From: Candidatus Limnocylindria bacterium
Lineage (GTDB): Bacteria; Chloroflexota; Limnocylindria; P2-11E
Length of the DNA: 64,000 nucleotides
Assembly (NCBI GenBank): GCA_041496945.1
Contig: JBGQFO010000001.1
Span: forward strand, 46,756 to 110,755
Reading direction: 5' to 3'
The notes below the pieces were generated by a model. The model did no database searches. It was not told the DNA's origin and saw only the letters and a list, made by a program, of their open reading frames with translations. The number at the start of each line of letters is the position of its first letter. The stretch's first letter is position 1. Positions 8,383 to 17,233 of the stretch are shown piece after piece. The position numbers and the translations under genes were made by a program.

Positions 8383-8589
8383 ATGGACGGCGAGATCCAG
8401 ATCGAATCGGACGAAGAGATCGAGCTCGACCCGGTCTGCGGCGGGATCGTCGACCTGGACCAGGCGCGGGAGCACGATCTCGCACTGGAGTTCGAGGGAC
8501 GCGACTACGCGTTCTGCGGCGTGGAGTGTCGGTCACGGTTCGTACACGAGCCGACGCAGTACGCGACCGCCGGGCGCGCCCAGCCCTAG
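8383..8589 (+). CDS. YHS-domain protein (TRASH-like metal-binding)
   Basis: A GGAGG RBS lies before the ATG. The 68-aa protein reads DPVCGGIVDLDQAREHDLALEFEGRDYAFCGVECRSRFVHEPTQY. Confidence 0.75.
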   Translation: MDGEIQIESDEEIELDPVCGGIVDLDQAREHDLALEFEGRDYAFCGVECRSRFVHEPTQYATAGRAQP

Positions 8590-8613
8590 CGCGCGGAGAA
8601 GAGGGAGGAAGAC

Positions 8614-8892
8614 ATGGCCACGCAGATCAAGGACACGCTCATCGAGACGTTCAAGCTGGACCGCGAGAACGTCGACAAGATCATCGCGAAGATCGAAGGG
8701 CTCATCCACGAAGGCAATGTGCGCCGCGTCATCGTGAAGGACGCGCACGGGACCACGATCATCGAGGTGCCGCTCACGGTCGGGCTCGTGGGCGTCGCGC
8801 TCATCCCGGTCTGGGCCGCGATCGGTGCGATCGCAGCGCTGGCCGCGGACTTCACGCTTCAGGTCGAACGCAAGACAGACGAGCCGCTCTAG
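8614..8892 (+). CDS. DUF4342-like small protein
   Basis: 92 aa with a GGGAGGAAG RBS. The pattern IEGLIHEGNVRRVIVKDAHGTTIIEVPL followed by a hydrophobic tail is typical of DUF4342. Confidence 0.7.
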   Translation: MATQIKDTLIETFKLDRENVDKIIAKIEGLIHEGNVRRVIVKDAHGTTIIEVPLTVGLVGVALIPVWAAIGAIAALAADFTLQVERKTDEPL

Positions 8893-9161
8893 CGGGCGTA
8901 GCGCGGCGCCGCGACCGCCGCGTAGATGCGCTGACGCTCGCTCCGCTCGATGAAGAGCCTCGCTCGGCAGCGCGGGCAGCGCGGCTGCCCGTGGGCGTCC
9001 CATGCCGGACGCGGTCCCTCGGTCGCCTCGTACGCGGCACGGATGTCGGCGTTCGTCGGTCTCCGCTGCACCCGCACCCGCACGTCGGCGCATCCGTGGC
9101 CGCACGACAGGCAGGTCAGCTCGATGGTCATGACCCGAAGGGCGCGGATCGTCGTGCTCAT
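8889..9161 (-). CDS. Hypothetical 90-aa zinc-ribbon protein
   Basis: The internal start MSTTIRAL overlaps the stop of the upstream GlsB-like gene (ATGA). Cys clusters CLSCGHGC and CPRC are present. Confidence 0.5.
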   Translation of the reverse strand: MSTTIRALRVMTIELTCLSCGHGCADVRVRVQRRPTNADIRAAYEATEGPRPAWDAHGQPRCPRCRARLFIERSERQRIYAAVAAPRYAR

Positions 9162-9460
9162 GTAGCCTGATCCGCCGGTCGGGGACTCGCGCGCATGCCG
9201 AGGTCGGCGGCGAGCGCGACAAGGACGGCACCGATGACCGCCGGGATCAGCACCAGCCCGTCGATCTCCGGGCCCCAGTCCTTGACGCCCGAGAAGACGG
9301 TGCTGCCGGGGAAGCTCTCGCTCGCGAAGATCGCGCCCAACGCGGCCGAGACCGCGACAATGAGCCACTCGCGCCGCAGCGACATCTTGGTCAGGTACTG
9401 GACCGCGAGACCGGCGGCGAGCGCGACGATGATGACGCCTGCGTACGCCAGGAATCCCAT
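9158..9460 (-). CDS. GlsB/YeaQ/YmgE-family (transglycosylase-associated) stress membrane protein
   Basis: 100 aa, with three hydrophobic Gly/Ala-rich helices (MGFLAYAGVIIVALAAGLAV...). Confidence 0.7.
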   Translation of the reverse strand: MGFLAYAGVIIVALAAGLAVQYLTKMSLRREWLIVAVSAALGAIFASESFPGSTVFSGVKDWGPEIDGLVLIPAVIGAVLVALAADLGMRASPRPADQAT

Positions 9461-9676
9461 GATCTGACCTCCTGCTCTCCCGATGGCACGGGATCGACCC
9501 CGACGGTAGGTCGTGTGCGCCGGGTGGTCAGTCGGGCGGGCGCGCTCCGGCCCGTCACACCCTGCCTGACAGACGCCACGACGACACGGGGCCCATTGGA
9601 CACCCCCGGCGTGACGTTCGCCTCACGCGACGGGGCAGGGTTCGGAGGACGCTGCAGAGGCATCGGAGGTGCCCGT

Positions 9677-10645
9677 ATGCGCATCCTCGTCGCCACCGAC
9701 TTCTCGGGCTGCGCCGACCTGGCCCGTGCGCTGGTCGGCGAGATGAGCCTGCCCGCCGCGTCGCACATCCGGCTCGTGCACGCGATCGAGCCACTCACCA
9801 CGGTCGGGATCTTCGCCCCCTCGGCGATCCTCACGATCAGCGAGGCGGCGGATGAGGACGCGCGCGCACAAGTGCGCGCCTCCGTGAAGTCCCTGGAGAC
9901 GCCGGACCGTGAAGTCGACGGCGTGGTCGGCTACGGGCGCGCGGCCGACGTCATCATCGATGAGAGCTGCGCCTTCAGGCCCGACCTCCTGGTGGTCGGC
10001 AGCCGAGGTCGCGGCGGGATCGCCACGACCGTGCTCGGCTCCGTCTCGGCCGAGCTCATCGACCGCGCGGCGTGTCCCGTGCTCGTCGTGCGTGACCGCT
10101 CGCTCCGGAAGATCGTTCTGGCGGAGGACGGCTCCGATAGCGCCGCATCGGGCGCCCTCGCGATCACCGACCTGCAGATCTTCTCCGGCGCGACCGTGCA
10201 CGTCGTGGGCGTCGTCGACGTCCCATTCCCAACGGTCTTCGCCGACCCTTCCGGGACCAACACCGCGGTCGCGGCGTTCCGCGACTACGAATCGTCGATG
10301 GCCTTGCTGCGAAAGCAGGTGAGCGCGACCGTGGAGGAGCGCGCCAAGGCCCTCGAGGCGCAGGGCCTCCGCACCACCTGGGAGCTGCGTGAGGGCGACG
10401 CCGCCTTTCAGCTCATCAAGGTCGCGGCCGAGCAACACGCTGACTGCATCGTCGTCGGCAGCCGCGGCGAGACCGGCCTGCGCAGGCTCATGCTCGGGAG
10501 CGTCGCGCGCAGCGTGCTGTTCCACGCCCCGTGCTCGGTGTTCGTCACCCACTCTCCGAAGGACGCGGCCGCACGCCCGCCGACGAACGGCGATGGCCGC
10601 TTCGCCGTGTCCGGGACGATCAAGGCGAACCCCGCAGCGAGGTGA
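9677..10645 (+). CDS. Universal stress protein, tandem USP domains
   Basis: The internal start MRILVATDFS follows GGAGGTGCCCGT. Two motifs are present (VVGSRGRGGIATTVLGSVS and VVGSRGETGLRRLMLGSVA). Confidence 0.85.
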   Translation: MRILVATDFSGCADLARALVGEMSLPAASHIRLVHAIEPLTTVGIFAPSAILTISEAADEDARAQVRASVKSLETPDREVDGVVGYGRAADVIIDESCAFRPDLLVVGSRGRGGIATTVLGSVSAELIDRAACPVLVVRDRSLRKIVLAEDGSDSAASGALAITDLQIFSGATVHVVGVVDVPFPTVFADPSGTNTAVAAFRDYESSMALLRKQVSATVEERAKALEAQGLRTTWELREGDAAFQLIKVAAEQHADCIVVGSRGETGLRRLMLGSVARSVLFHAPCSVFVTHSPKDAAARPPTNGDGRFAVSGTIKANPAAR

Positions 10646-10649
10646 CGCG

Positions 10650-10868
10650 ATGAAGCAGAACCTCGCGGCCCTCGAGCGCGACGTACGCGGAGCGATCATC
10701 GCTCCGCTCGCATTCCTCGCGACGCTCGCGTTCGGGTGGAGCAGCCCCGCGGGCATCGCCGCACTGGCGCTCGCGGTCTTCATGTTCGTCACCGCATGGG
10801 CCGGCTACTGCCCGGCCTACGACCTGCTCCAGATCCATCGGTCCGGGGTCCACCGCGACGTAGCGTGA
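10650..10868 (+). CDS. DUF2892 (YgaP-like) small membrane protein
   Basis: 72 aa, two helices, and the characteristic C-terminal motif WAGYCPAYDLL. Confidence 0.65.
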   Translation: MKQNLAALERDVRGAIIAPLAFLATLAFGWSSPAGIAALALAVFMFVTAWAGYCPAYDLLQIHRSGVHRDVA

Positions 10869-10893
10869 CGCGCGCGCCCATGTCCGTCAGGAT

Positions 10894-11415
10894 GTGAGCG
10901 TGTTCGTCAGCTCGGTGCCACTCGCGGAGATCGTCCTCCGCACCGTGGTCGTGTACGTGGCCGTGTTCGCGCTGCTGCGTCTGGCGGGCAAACGCGAGCT
11001 CGGGCAGATGAGCGTGAGCGACCTCGTGGTGATCCTGGTCATCGCCAACGCCGTGCAGAACTCGCTCAACGGCGGCGACACCTCGCTCGTCGGCGGCCTC
11101 GTGGCCGCCGCGACGCTTGTGGCGATGAACATCCTCTTCGATCGCGTCGGCCGCCGAGTGCCGTTCCTCTCGCGCTTCGTGAATGACCAGCCGACCCTCC
11201 TGATGAAGGACGGGAAGCTGGTCCCGGAGAACCTCGAGCGCGAGGACATCTCCCGGGAGGACATCGAGATGGTCGCGCGAGAGCACGGCATCGCGGCTCT
11301 CGACGGGGTCAGCACCGCGATCCTGGAGGTGGACGGCTCGATCAGCGTGATCCCAACGGAAGGCCGCACCATCCACCGAGCGCGCCGCATCCGCCAGTTC
11401 CGCCAGCGCCCCTAG
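10894..11415 (+). CDS. DUF421 (YetF-like) membrane protein
   Basis: 173 aa with a GTG start. The motif LLRLAGKRELGQMSVSDLVVILVIANAV is followed by a soluble C-terminal domain. Confidence 0.75.
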   Translation: MSVFVSSVPLAEIVLRTVVVYVAVFALLRLAGKRELGQMSVSDLVVILVIANAVQNSLNGGDTSLVGGLVAAATLVAMNILFDRVGRRVPFLSRFVNDQPTLLMKDGKLVPENLEREDISREDIEMVAREHGIAALDGVSTAILEVDGSISVIPTEGRTIHRARRIRQFRQRP

Positions 11416-11460
11416 ACCCGCTCCTGTCCGACATTACCTGACGGTCGGACCCTCCTCCTA

Positions 11461-11473
11461 GGGCCGTTCGGCC
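11461..11473. repeat. GGGCCGTTCGGCC element (recurrent intergenic palindrome)
   Basis: Read directly. The reverse complement of this exact 13-mer occurs at 18325-18337. Confidence 0.4.
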
Positions 11474-11674
11474 GTGGGCGCGCGGGTGCCCCGGAGGCAT
11501 GGTGTGGCCGTGACGACGGCACGGTTCCCGGGCATCCCGGTGGTCGCCGACGGCTCGGAGGCGTATCCGATCACACCCTCGACGACGATGGCCGCGCTCT
11601 ATCAGGCCGCGGTCGACGTCACACGCGCACTGGCGCCCCAAAGCGAGACAGAGGCGGCGGAGGTGGTCGTATGA
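11474..11674 (+). CDS. 66-aa ORF carrying a PFOR-alpha N-terminal-like motif (possible gene relic)
   Basis: Third-position GC is high and an ATGA overlap links it to the CBS gene. VVADGSEAYPITPSTTMAALY resembles the DG(N/S)EA...YPITPS(S/T) N-terminus of pyruvate:ferredoxin oxidoreductases. Confidence 0.25.
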   Translation: MGARVPRRHGVAVTTARFPGIPVVADGSEAYPITPSTTMAALYQAAVDVTRALAPQSETEAAEVVV

Positions 11675-12090
11675 ACGCGACGACGGCACGAACGGTCGGC
11701 GAGGCGATGACGCGCGGTCTGGTGACCGTTCATGCGAAGGCGTGCCTGCAGGAGGCTGTACAGCTTATGGATGCGCACCGCGTGCACGGGCTCGTGGTCG
11801 TCGATTCGACGGGTGCCGTCGTCGGCGTCCTGAGCCAGACGGATCTGCTGCGCGCTCGCGTCGTCGAGCACCTCTGGACGAGCCTGCGCGGACTCGCGGT
11901 GCGACACGTGATGACCGCGCCCGCGATCACGATCGCCCTCCACGCCAGCCTGGACGACGCGGCGGAGATCATGGAGCAGCGACGCGTCCACCGTCTGGTC
12001 GTGGTCGGGTCCGACGGCATCTCACCGGTCGGCGTGCTCTCCGTCACGGACCTCGTGCACGTGATGGCCGGCGCCGAGATGGGCACATGA
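11671..12090 (+). CDS. CBS-domain pair protein
   Basis: 139 aa with a GGAGG RBS. Two CBS repeats are present (VTVHAKACLQEAVQLMDAHRVHGLVVVD and ITIALHASLDDAAEIMEQRRVHRLVVV). Confidence 0.85.
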   Translation: MNATTARTVGEAMTRGLVTVHAKACLQEAVQLMDAHRVHGLVVVDSTGAVVGVLSQTDLLRARVVEHLWTSLRGLAVRHVMTAPAITIALHASLDDAAEIMEQRRVHRLVVVGSDGISPVGVLSVTDLVHVMAGAEMGT

Positions 12091-12224
12091 CCGTCACGCA
12101 CCTGCTGGATGTTCGCGCGTAGGTTGACGGTCTCAACACGCGGTGGTCCGCGCTAGGCGACGAACACGCCCGACGGCGAGCTGCCCGCCGACCCCGAATT
12201 CATCGCGGACCGCTGCGTCGGCTT

Positions 12225-12623
12225 ATGTCGTGCGTGAGCGCGTGCCCGGACACCGCGACACTAGCGGTCGCGCTGCCGGAGTCGCGCATCGCCGAGCGCA
12301 TCGATGCCTTCGCGACGGCCGAGCAGGTGCCGCCGCGGGCGCGCGAGACCGCGTCGTCCGGCATCTTCGACGCGCTACGAGCGCGACATGCGCTTCTTCC
12401 GCACGATCCCGATCACGGCAAGGATCAAGGCGGCCGTCGCGTCGCCGGTTATCTCTGCGTCACGGATTCGGCGGCCAGCCCCGCGACCCTGACGGCGACG
12501 CTGATCGCACTGTTCGTCGGTGCGGTCATGGCCCTGCCGTCGCTCGCGTGGCTCTACCTGCGCTCTCAACGGGTCGGTCGTGCGGTCACGACCGAAGGGC
12601 ACTCCTCGCGCAGGAGCGGGTAG
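12225..12623 (+). CDS. Hypothetical protein (weak call)
   Basis: 132-aa ORF with one C-terminal hydrophobic helix. The codon-bias signal decays mid-ORF and I recognise no family. Confidence 0.2.
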   Translation: MSCVSACPDTATLAVALPESRIAERIDAFATAEQVPPRARETASSGIFDALRARHALLPHDPDHGKDQGGRRVAGYLCVTDSAASPATLTATLIALFVGAVMALPSLAWLYLRSQRVGRAVTTEGHSSRRSG

Positions 12624-12643
12624 CCCGGGTTCGGCTCGCGCGC

Positions 12644-14050
12644 TCAGCGCTGTCGCGGCTCCCGCGACGAAAGCGTCTCGTGGATCGCCTGCGCGGCACG
12701 CTTGCCCGCGCCCGCCGCCAGGATCACGGTCGCCGCGCCGGTGACCGCGTCACCACCAGCGAACACGAATGGCTTGGAGGTCAGACCGGTGCTCTCGTCC
12801 GCGACGAGGCAGCCCCTGTTGTTCGTGAGCAGACCGGAGGTCGCCCGGGTCAGCAAGGGGTTGGGGGTCGTCCCGATCGCGAGCACGACGGTGTCGACCG
12901 GGATCACGCGCTCCGCACCGGGGATCGGGATCGGGCGGGCCCGCCCCGACGCGTCGGGTTCGCCCAGCGTCATCTCCTGGCAGCGCAGCCCGGTGACCCA
13001 CCCCTCGTCGTTGCCGACGACCTCGAGCGGGCTGGTGAGCCACTGGAAGGTCACACCCTCCTCGATCGCGTGGTGGTACTCCTCGACCCGCGCGCTCATC
13101 TCGGCCTCGCTGCGCCGGTAGACGATCATGGCCTCCTCGGCGCCCATGCGGAGCGCCGTGCGTGCGGCATCCATCGCGGTGTTGCCCGCGCCGATGACCG
13201 CCACCCGCTTGCCCACGTTGGCCGGCGTGTCGCTCTCGGGGAAGTCGTAGGCACGCATGAGGTTGACGCGCGTGAGGAACTCGTTCGCGGACATCACGCC
13301 GCTCAGGTTCTCGCCGGGGATGCCCAGGAACTGCGGGAGACCTGCGCCGGTGCCGATGAACGCGACGGTGTACCCCAGCCGGCCGAAGAGCTCGTCCAGC
13401 GTGAGTGTCTTGCCGATGATGACGTTGCAGACGATCTCCACACCCATCGCCTTCAGCACCCCGATCTCCCAGTCGAGGATCGCCTTGGGCAAGCGGAACT
13501 CCGGGATGCCGTAGCGGAGCACGCCGCCGGGCGCGTGGAGCGCCTCGTAGATCGTGACCGGGTAGCCGAGCCGGGCGAGCTCGCCGGCGCAGACGAGGCC
13601 CGAGGGACCCGAGCCGATGACCGCGACCTTTTCTTGTCGCGTGATCTTCGCGCTGACGGCGAGGGCCTGCTGGCGCTCCCAGTCGGCGACGAAGCGCTCG
13701 AGATGGCCGATGGCCACCGGCTTGAAGCGGGTGCCGAGGCTGCACTGCGCCTCGCACTGCGACTCCTGCGGGCAGACGCGTCCGCAGATCGCGGGTAGCG
13801 GGTTGGCGGTCCGGAGGATCGTCGCCGCACCGGCCATGTCGGCGTTCGCTACGGCGTGGATGAAGTCGCGGATCGGGATCTGTACCGGGCAACCGTTCAC
13901 GCACACCGGGTCCTGACAACGCAGGCAGCGCTCGGCCTCGAAGGCGGCGTGGAAGACCGTGTAGCCCTCGTTGACCTCGCGGAAGTCATGCGCGCGCACC
14001 ACGGCCTCGCGCGTCGGCATCGGAGTCTTCTCCGCGCGCTTCACTGGCAT
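12644..14050 (-). CDS. NfnB/SudA/GltD-family NAD(P)H-dependent iron-sulfur flavoprotein (glutamate synthase small-subunit-like)
   Basis: The internal start MPVKRAEK shares 1 nt with the upstream stop (TGATG). Two Cys clusters (CLRCQDPVCVNGCP and CGRVCPQESQCEAQC) and two dinucleotide folds (VAVIGSGPSGL and VAVIGAGNTAMD) are present. Confidence 0.88.
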   Translation of the reverse strand: MPVKRAEKTPMPTREAVVRAHDFREVNEGYTVFHAAFEAERCLRCQDPVCVNGCPVQIPIRDFIHAVANADMAGAATILRTANPLPAICGRVCPQESQCEAQCSLGTRFKPVAIGHLERFVADWERQQALAVSAKITRQEKVAVIGSGPSGLVCAGELARLGYPVTIYEALHAPGGVLRYGIPEFRLPKAILDWEIGVLKAMGVEIVCNVIIGKTLTLDELFGRLGYTVAFIGTGAGLPQFLGIPGENLSGVMSANEFLTRVNLMRAYDFPESDTPANVGKRVAVIGAGNTAMDAARTALRMGAEEAMIVYRRSEAEMSARVEEYHHAIEEGVTFQWLTSPLEVVGNDEGWVTGLRCQEMTLGEPDASGRARPIPIPGAERVIPVDTVVLAIGTTPNPLLTRATSGLLTNNRGCLVADESTGLTSKPFVFAGGDAVTGAATVILAAGAGKRAAQAIHETLSSREPRQR

Positions 14051-14901
14051 CAGCGCACCGCCGCCGTCGTCGTCGCGCAGGCGAGCCGCTCGGCCGCGAG
14101 CTTCTCCTGCGGCGCGTACTGCTTGCTGCGGCGCATCGCGACCGCGAAGTCCACCTGGTGGGCATCGAAGACCGGCCCGTCGACGCAGGCGAAAAGCGTC
14201 TCCCCGCCGACGCTGACGCGACAGCCCCCGCACATGCCGGTGCCGTCGATCATCAGCGGGTCCATTGACACGAGCGTCTTCACGTTCGCCGCGCGGGTCG
14301 TCTCGGCGACTGCGCGCATCATCACCATCGGCCCGATCGCGATCACGGTGTCCGGCCGTCCGGGGCCCTCCCCGGCGATGAGCTGCGCGAGGCGCTGGGT
14401 CACGAAGCCCTTGAAGCCGGCCGAGCCGTCGTCGGTGCACACCTCGACGTTCGTGCAGATCGCGCGCAGCTCGTCGGTGAAGATGAGCAGGTCCTTGTTC
14501 CGCGCCCCGACGATCGCGGTCGTCGTATCGCCGCGCGCTGAGAGCTCCTTCATGAGGCAGAGCAGCGCGGCCGAGCCGAAGCCGCCACCGACGGCGCAGA
14601 CGTGGCCACCGGGCGCGATGTCGACGGGCGTGCCGAGGGGGCCGACGACATCGAGGATCTCGTCACCCGCCTCCAGGGCGCAGATCCGCGTGGTCGTCGC
14701 GCCGACCGCCTGCACGACGATCGTGATCGTGCCCGCGGCGCGGTCGTAGTCGGCGATCGTGACGGGGATGCGCTCGCCGCCCTCGCGCACGCGCAGCATG
14801 ACGAACTGCCCCGCCTTCGCCGCCGCCGCGATGAGCGGCGCGTCGAGGCGGAAGAGCTTCGTGACCGGTGTGAGCCTCTGCGTTCCGACGATCCGTGCCA
14901 T
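14050..14901 (-). CDS. NfnA/SudB/PyrK-family FAD/[2Fe-2S] electron-transfer subunit
   Basis: 283 aa with an FNR-like fold (GQFVMLRV...RIPVTIAD, GGGFGSA) and a C-terminal motif GTGMCGGCRV...ACVDGP. Confidence 0.85.
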   Translation of the reverse strand: MARIVGTQRLTPVTKLFRLDAPLIAAAAKAGQFVMLRVREGGERIPVTIADYDRAAGTITIVVQAVGATTTRICALEAGDEILDVVGPLGTPVDIAPGGHVCAVGGGFGSAALLCLMKELSARGDTTTAIVGARNKDLLIFTDELRAICTNVEVCTDDGSAGFKGFVTQRLAQLIAGEGPGRPDTVIAIGPMVMMRAVAETTRAANVKTLVSMDPLMIDGTGMCGGCRVSVGGETLFACVDGPVFDAHQVDFAVAMRRSKQYAPQEKLAAERLACATTTAAVR

Positions 14902-14910
14902 CCCGTCCCC

Positions 14911-17223
14911 CTACAGGTCCGGGCTCGCGTGCATCGCCTTGAGGCGCTTCCAGCGGCGGTCGGCCTCGTCCTGGATGCCCCGCACGACCTCGGAGTTCGC
15001 GGGCGTGAGGAGGTGGCGGGTCTTGCCCATCAGCTCGAGCCAGGCCGAGACCGGCTGGCGGCGGCCGCTCGCGTCGGGGTCGTACGTGATCGTGGTGTGG
15101 CCGTGCTCGACCTCGTAGAGCGGGAAGAAGCACGAATCGATCGCGGCCTGCAGGACCGGCTGCGCGGCGTCATCGGTCGTGCGCCAGTTGAGCGGGCAGA
15201 ACGAGAGGATCTTTCCGTAGACGAGGCCCTCGTGCTTCGCGTACCACTGGGCCTTCGCCACCTTGCGCATCAGGTCCTCCGGATAGCCCTCGCTCGCGGT
15301 GAAGACGTACGGCAGATGGCAGGCGGCGAAGATCTGCGCGGTGTCCTTGTGGTGGTAGCGCTTTCCCGGCGCCTTCGACCCGACCTCGCTCGTGGACGTG
15401 CGGTGGCCGAACGGCGTCGAGTACGAGAGCTGCGCGCCGGTGTTCATGTAGCCCTGGTTGTCGTACTCCAGGATCATCATCTTGTGGTTGCGGTGCGCCG
15501 CGCCGAGCGCCGGACCCATGCCGATGTCCATGCCGCCGTCGCCGCTCACCATCACGAACGTGATGTCCGGCGACTCAGGCAGCTCCCCCCGTCGAACGCG
15601 CTCGTGGTACATCTCGACCAGACCGGACAGCGTCGCCGCCCCGTTCTGGAAGAGGTTGTGGACGTAGTTCACGCGGTGAGCGGTCGTCGGGTAGCCGGTC
15701 GTCACCACCATCGCGCAACCGGTCTGGAACAACATGACGACGTCGCCCTCGAGCACGCGGTTGACCTGGTGCAGGGTCGGGAAGATGCCGCAGCCGGGGC
15801 ACGCGCCGTGGCCGGGCGCGATACGGCTCGGCACCTCGGTCATCTTCCAGAGCGGCTCGAGCTCGACCGCCAGGCGGCCGGTCGCCTCGTCGCGGGTCAC
15901 GTGGGCCATCCCGCGCGAGAGTTCGGCGGCTGGGATCGGCGGCAGCCCGGGGCGCGGCGCGCGGTCGGGCTGGCCGGGTGTGGCGCCGTGGTAGGCGAAC
16001 GGTTCGGCGACGTGACCGGATCTCGCCGCCGCCGCCGCCTGCTCGAAGAAGCGCGCGGCGTCGGCGGCGTAGAAGTCCTTGCCGCCGAGCCCGTACACGC
16101 GCGAGAGAACGAGGGTGCGATTCTCCGCGTCCTGCTGGATCGCGGCGCGGACCTCGAGCGAGAGGTTGCCGCCGCCCGCGCCGTATGAGTCGGCGCGATC
16201 CCCGATCGTCGCGGCCCTGACACGGCGGAGTGCCTCTCGGAACTCCTCCGCCGGGAACGGGCGCAGCACGTTCGGTGAGAGCACGCCGACGCGCTCGCCC
16301 TTGCCGCGAAGCTCGTCAGCGGTCTCCTTGGCGGTCTCCGCCGCGGAGTTGATGAGCACGAGGGCGGCCTCGGCGTCCGCCATCTGGTACGCATCGAGCA
16401 CCGGATAGCGCCGGCCGGTAAGCTCCTCGATCTCGGCGAGGACCTCCGGGATGACGCGCCGCGCCGCCTCCATCGCCTGCGAGAGCTGGACCTTGTTGTT
16501 GATGAGGTCCGGGTCGTTCATGTACGGCCCGAACGTCGTCGGGTGGTCGAGGTCGAGCGGCGACGGGTACTTCGGCCGTTCGCCGAGGAAGGCGCGGACC
16601 GCCTCCGGGTCGTCGAACACGCGCAGCCGGCGCTTCTGATGGCTGGTGACGAAGCCGTCGTACGCGACGATCACCGGAAGCCGCACATCCGGGTGCTCGC
16701 CGATCTTCACGGCGGCGAAGTTCAGGTCGTACACCGCCTGGGGATCGCGCGCGCACAGCATCACCCAACCGGTGTTGAGCGCGTAATAGATGTCGGAGTG
16801 ATCGCCGCGGATGTCGAGCGGTCCGGAGACCGCGCGTGCGGCGATGTTCAGCACCATCGGCACGCGCGTGCCGGCCTGCACGGGCAGCTGCTCGAGCGCG
16901 TAGAGCAGGCCCTGCGAGCTCGTCGCATTGAGCACGCGCCCGCCGCCGAGCGCGGCGCCGTAGCAGATCCCGGCGGCACCGTGCTCGCCATCGCCCGCGA
17001 TCATCACGATCTCGTGCTCGCCGTCGGCCTGCATCTTGGAGAGGTTCTCGGCGACCTCCGTCGACGGCGTGATCGGGAAGTACCCCATGACGTGGAAGCC
17101 GACGTCGCGCGCGGCGAGCGCCGCGGCCTCGTTGCCGCTGCGGAAGTCGAGCTTCTGTCGGGCCCTCCCGGGCTCGCCCTCGTCGTCTATGCGTGGAAGA
17201 GCGATGCGAGTCTCGGTCGTCAT
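14911..17223 (-). CDS. 2-oxoacid (pyruvate):ferredoxin oxidoreductase, fused alpha-beta subunit
   Basis: 770 aa. The N-terminus is GNEAAALAA...YFPITPSTEV. The beta part has GACPGCG and the TPP motif VSGDGGMDIGMG...YDNQGYMNTG. Confidence 0.9.
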   Translation of the reverse strand: MTTETRIALPRIDDEGEPGRARQKLDFRSGNEAAALAARDVGFHVMGYFPITPSTEVAENLSKMQADGEHEIVMIAGDGEHGAAGICYGAALGGGRVLNATSSQGLLYALEQLPVQAGTRVPMVLNIAARAVSGPLDIRGDHSDIYYALNTGWVMLCARDPQAVYDLNFAAVKIGEHPDVRLPVIVAYDGFVTSHQKRRLRVFDDPEAVRAFLGERPKYPSPLDLDHPTTFGPYMNDPDLINNKVQLSQAMEAARRVIPEVLAEIEELTGRRYPVLDAYQMADAEAALVLINSAAETAKETADELRGKGERVGVLSPNVLRPFPAEEFREALRRVRAATIGDRADSYGAGGGNLSLEVRAAIQQDAENRTLVLSRVYGLGGKDFYAADAARFFEQAAAAARSGHVAEPFAYHGATPGQPDRAPRPGLPPIPAAELSRGMAHVTRDEATGRLAVELEPLWKMTEVPSRIAPGHGACPGCGIFPTLHQVNRVLEGDVVMLFQTGCAMVVTTGYPTTAHRVNYVHNLFQNGAATLSGLVEMYHERVRRGELPESPDITFVMVSGDGGMDIGMGPALGAAHRNHKMMILEYDNQGYMNTGAQLSYSTPFGHRTSTSEVGSKAPGKRYHHKDTAQIFAACHLPYVFTASEGYPEDLMRKVAKAQWYAKHEGLVYGKILSFCPLNWRTTDDAAQPVLQAAIDSCFFPLYEVEHGHTTITYDPDASGRRQPVSAWLELMGKTRHLLTPANSEVVRGIQDEADRRWKRLKAMHASPDL

Positions 17224-17233
17224 GCTGCGAACC

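Noticed and set aside
12091-12643. A possible decayed gene or ncRNA in the 550-bp stretch between the CBS gene and the NfnB-like gene.
   Set aside because: Only the weak ORF 12225..12623 is present, and it is listed in the features at low confidence. I saw no convincing structure or motif.
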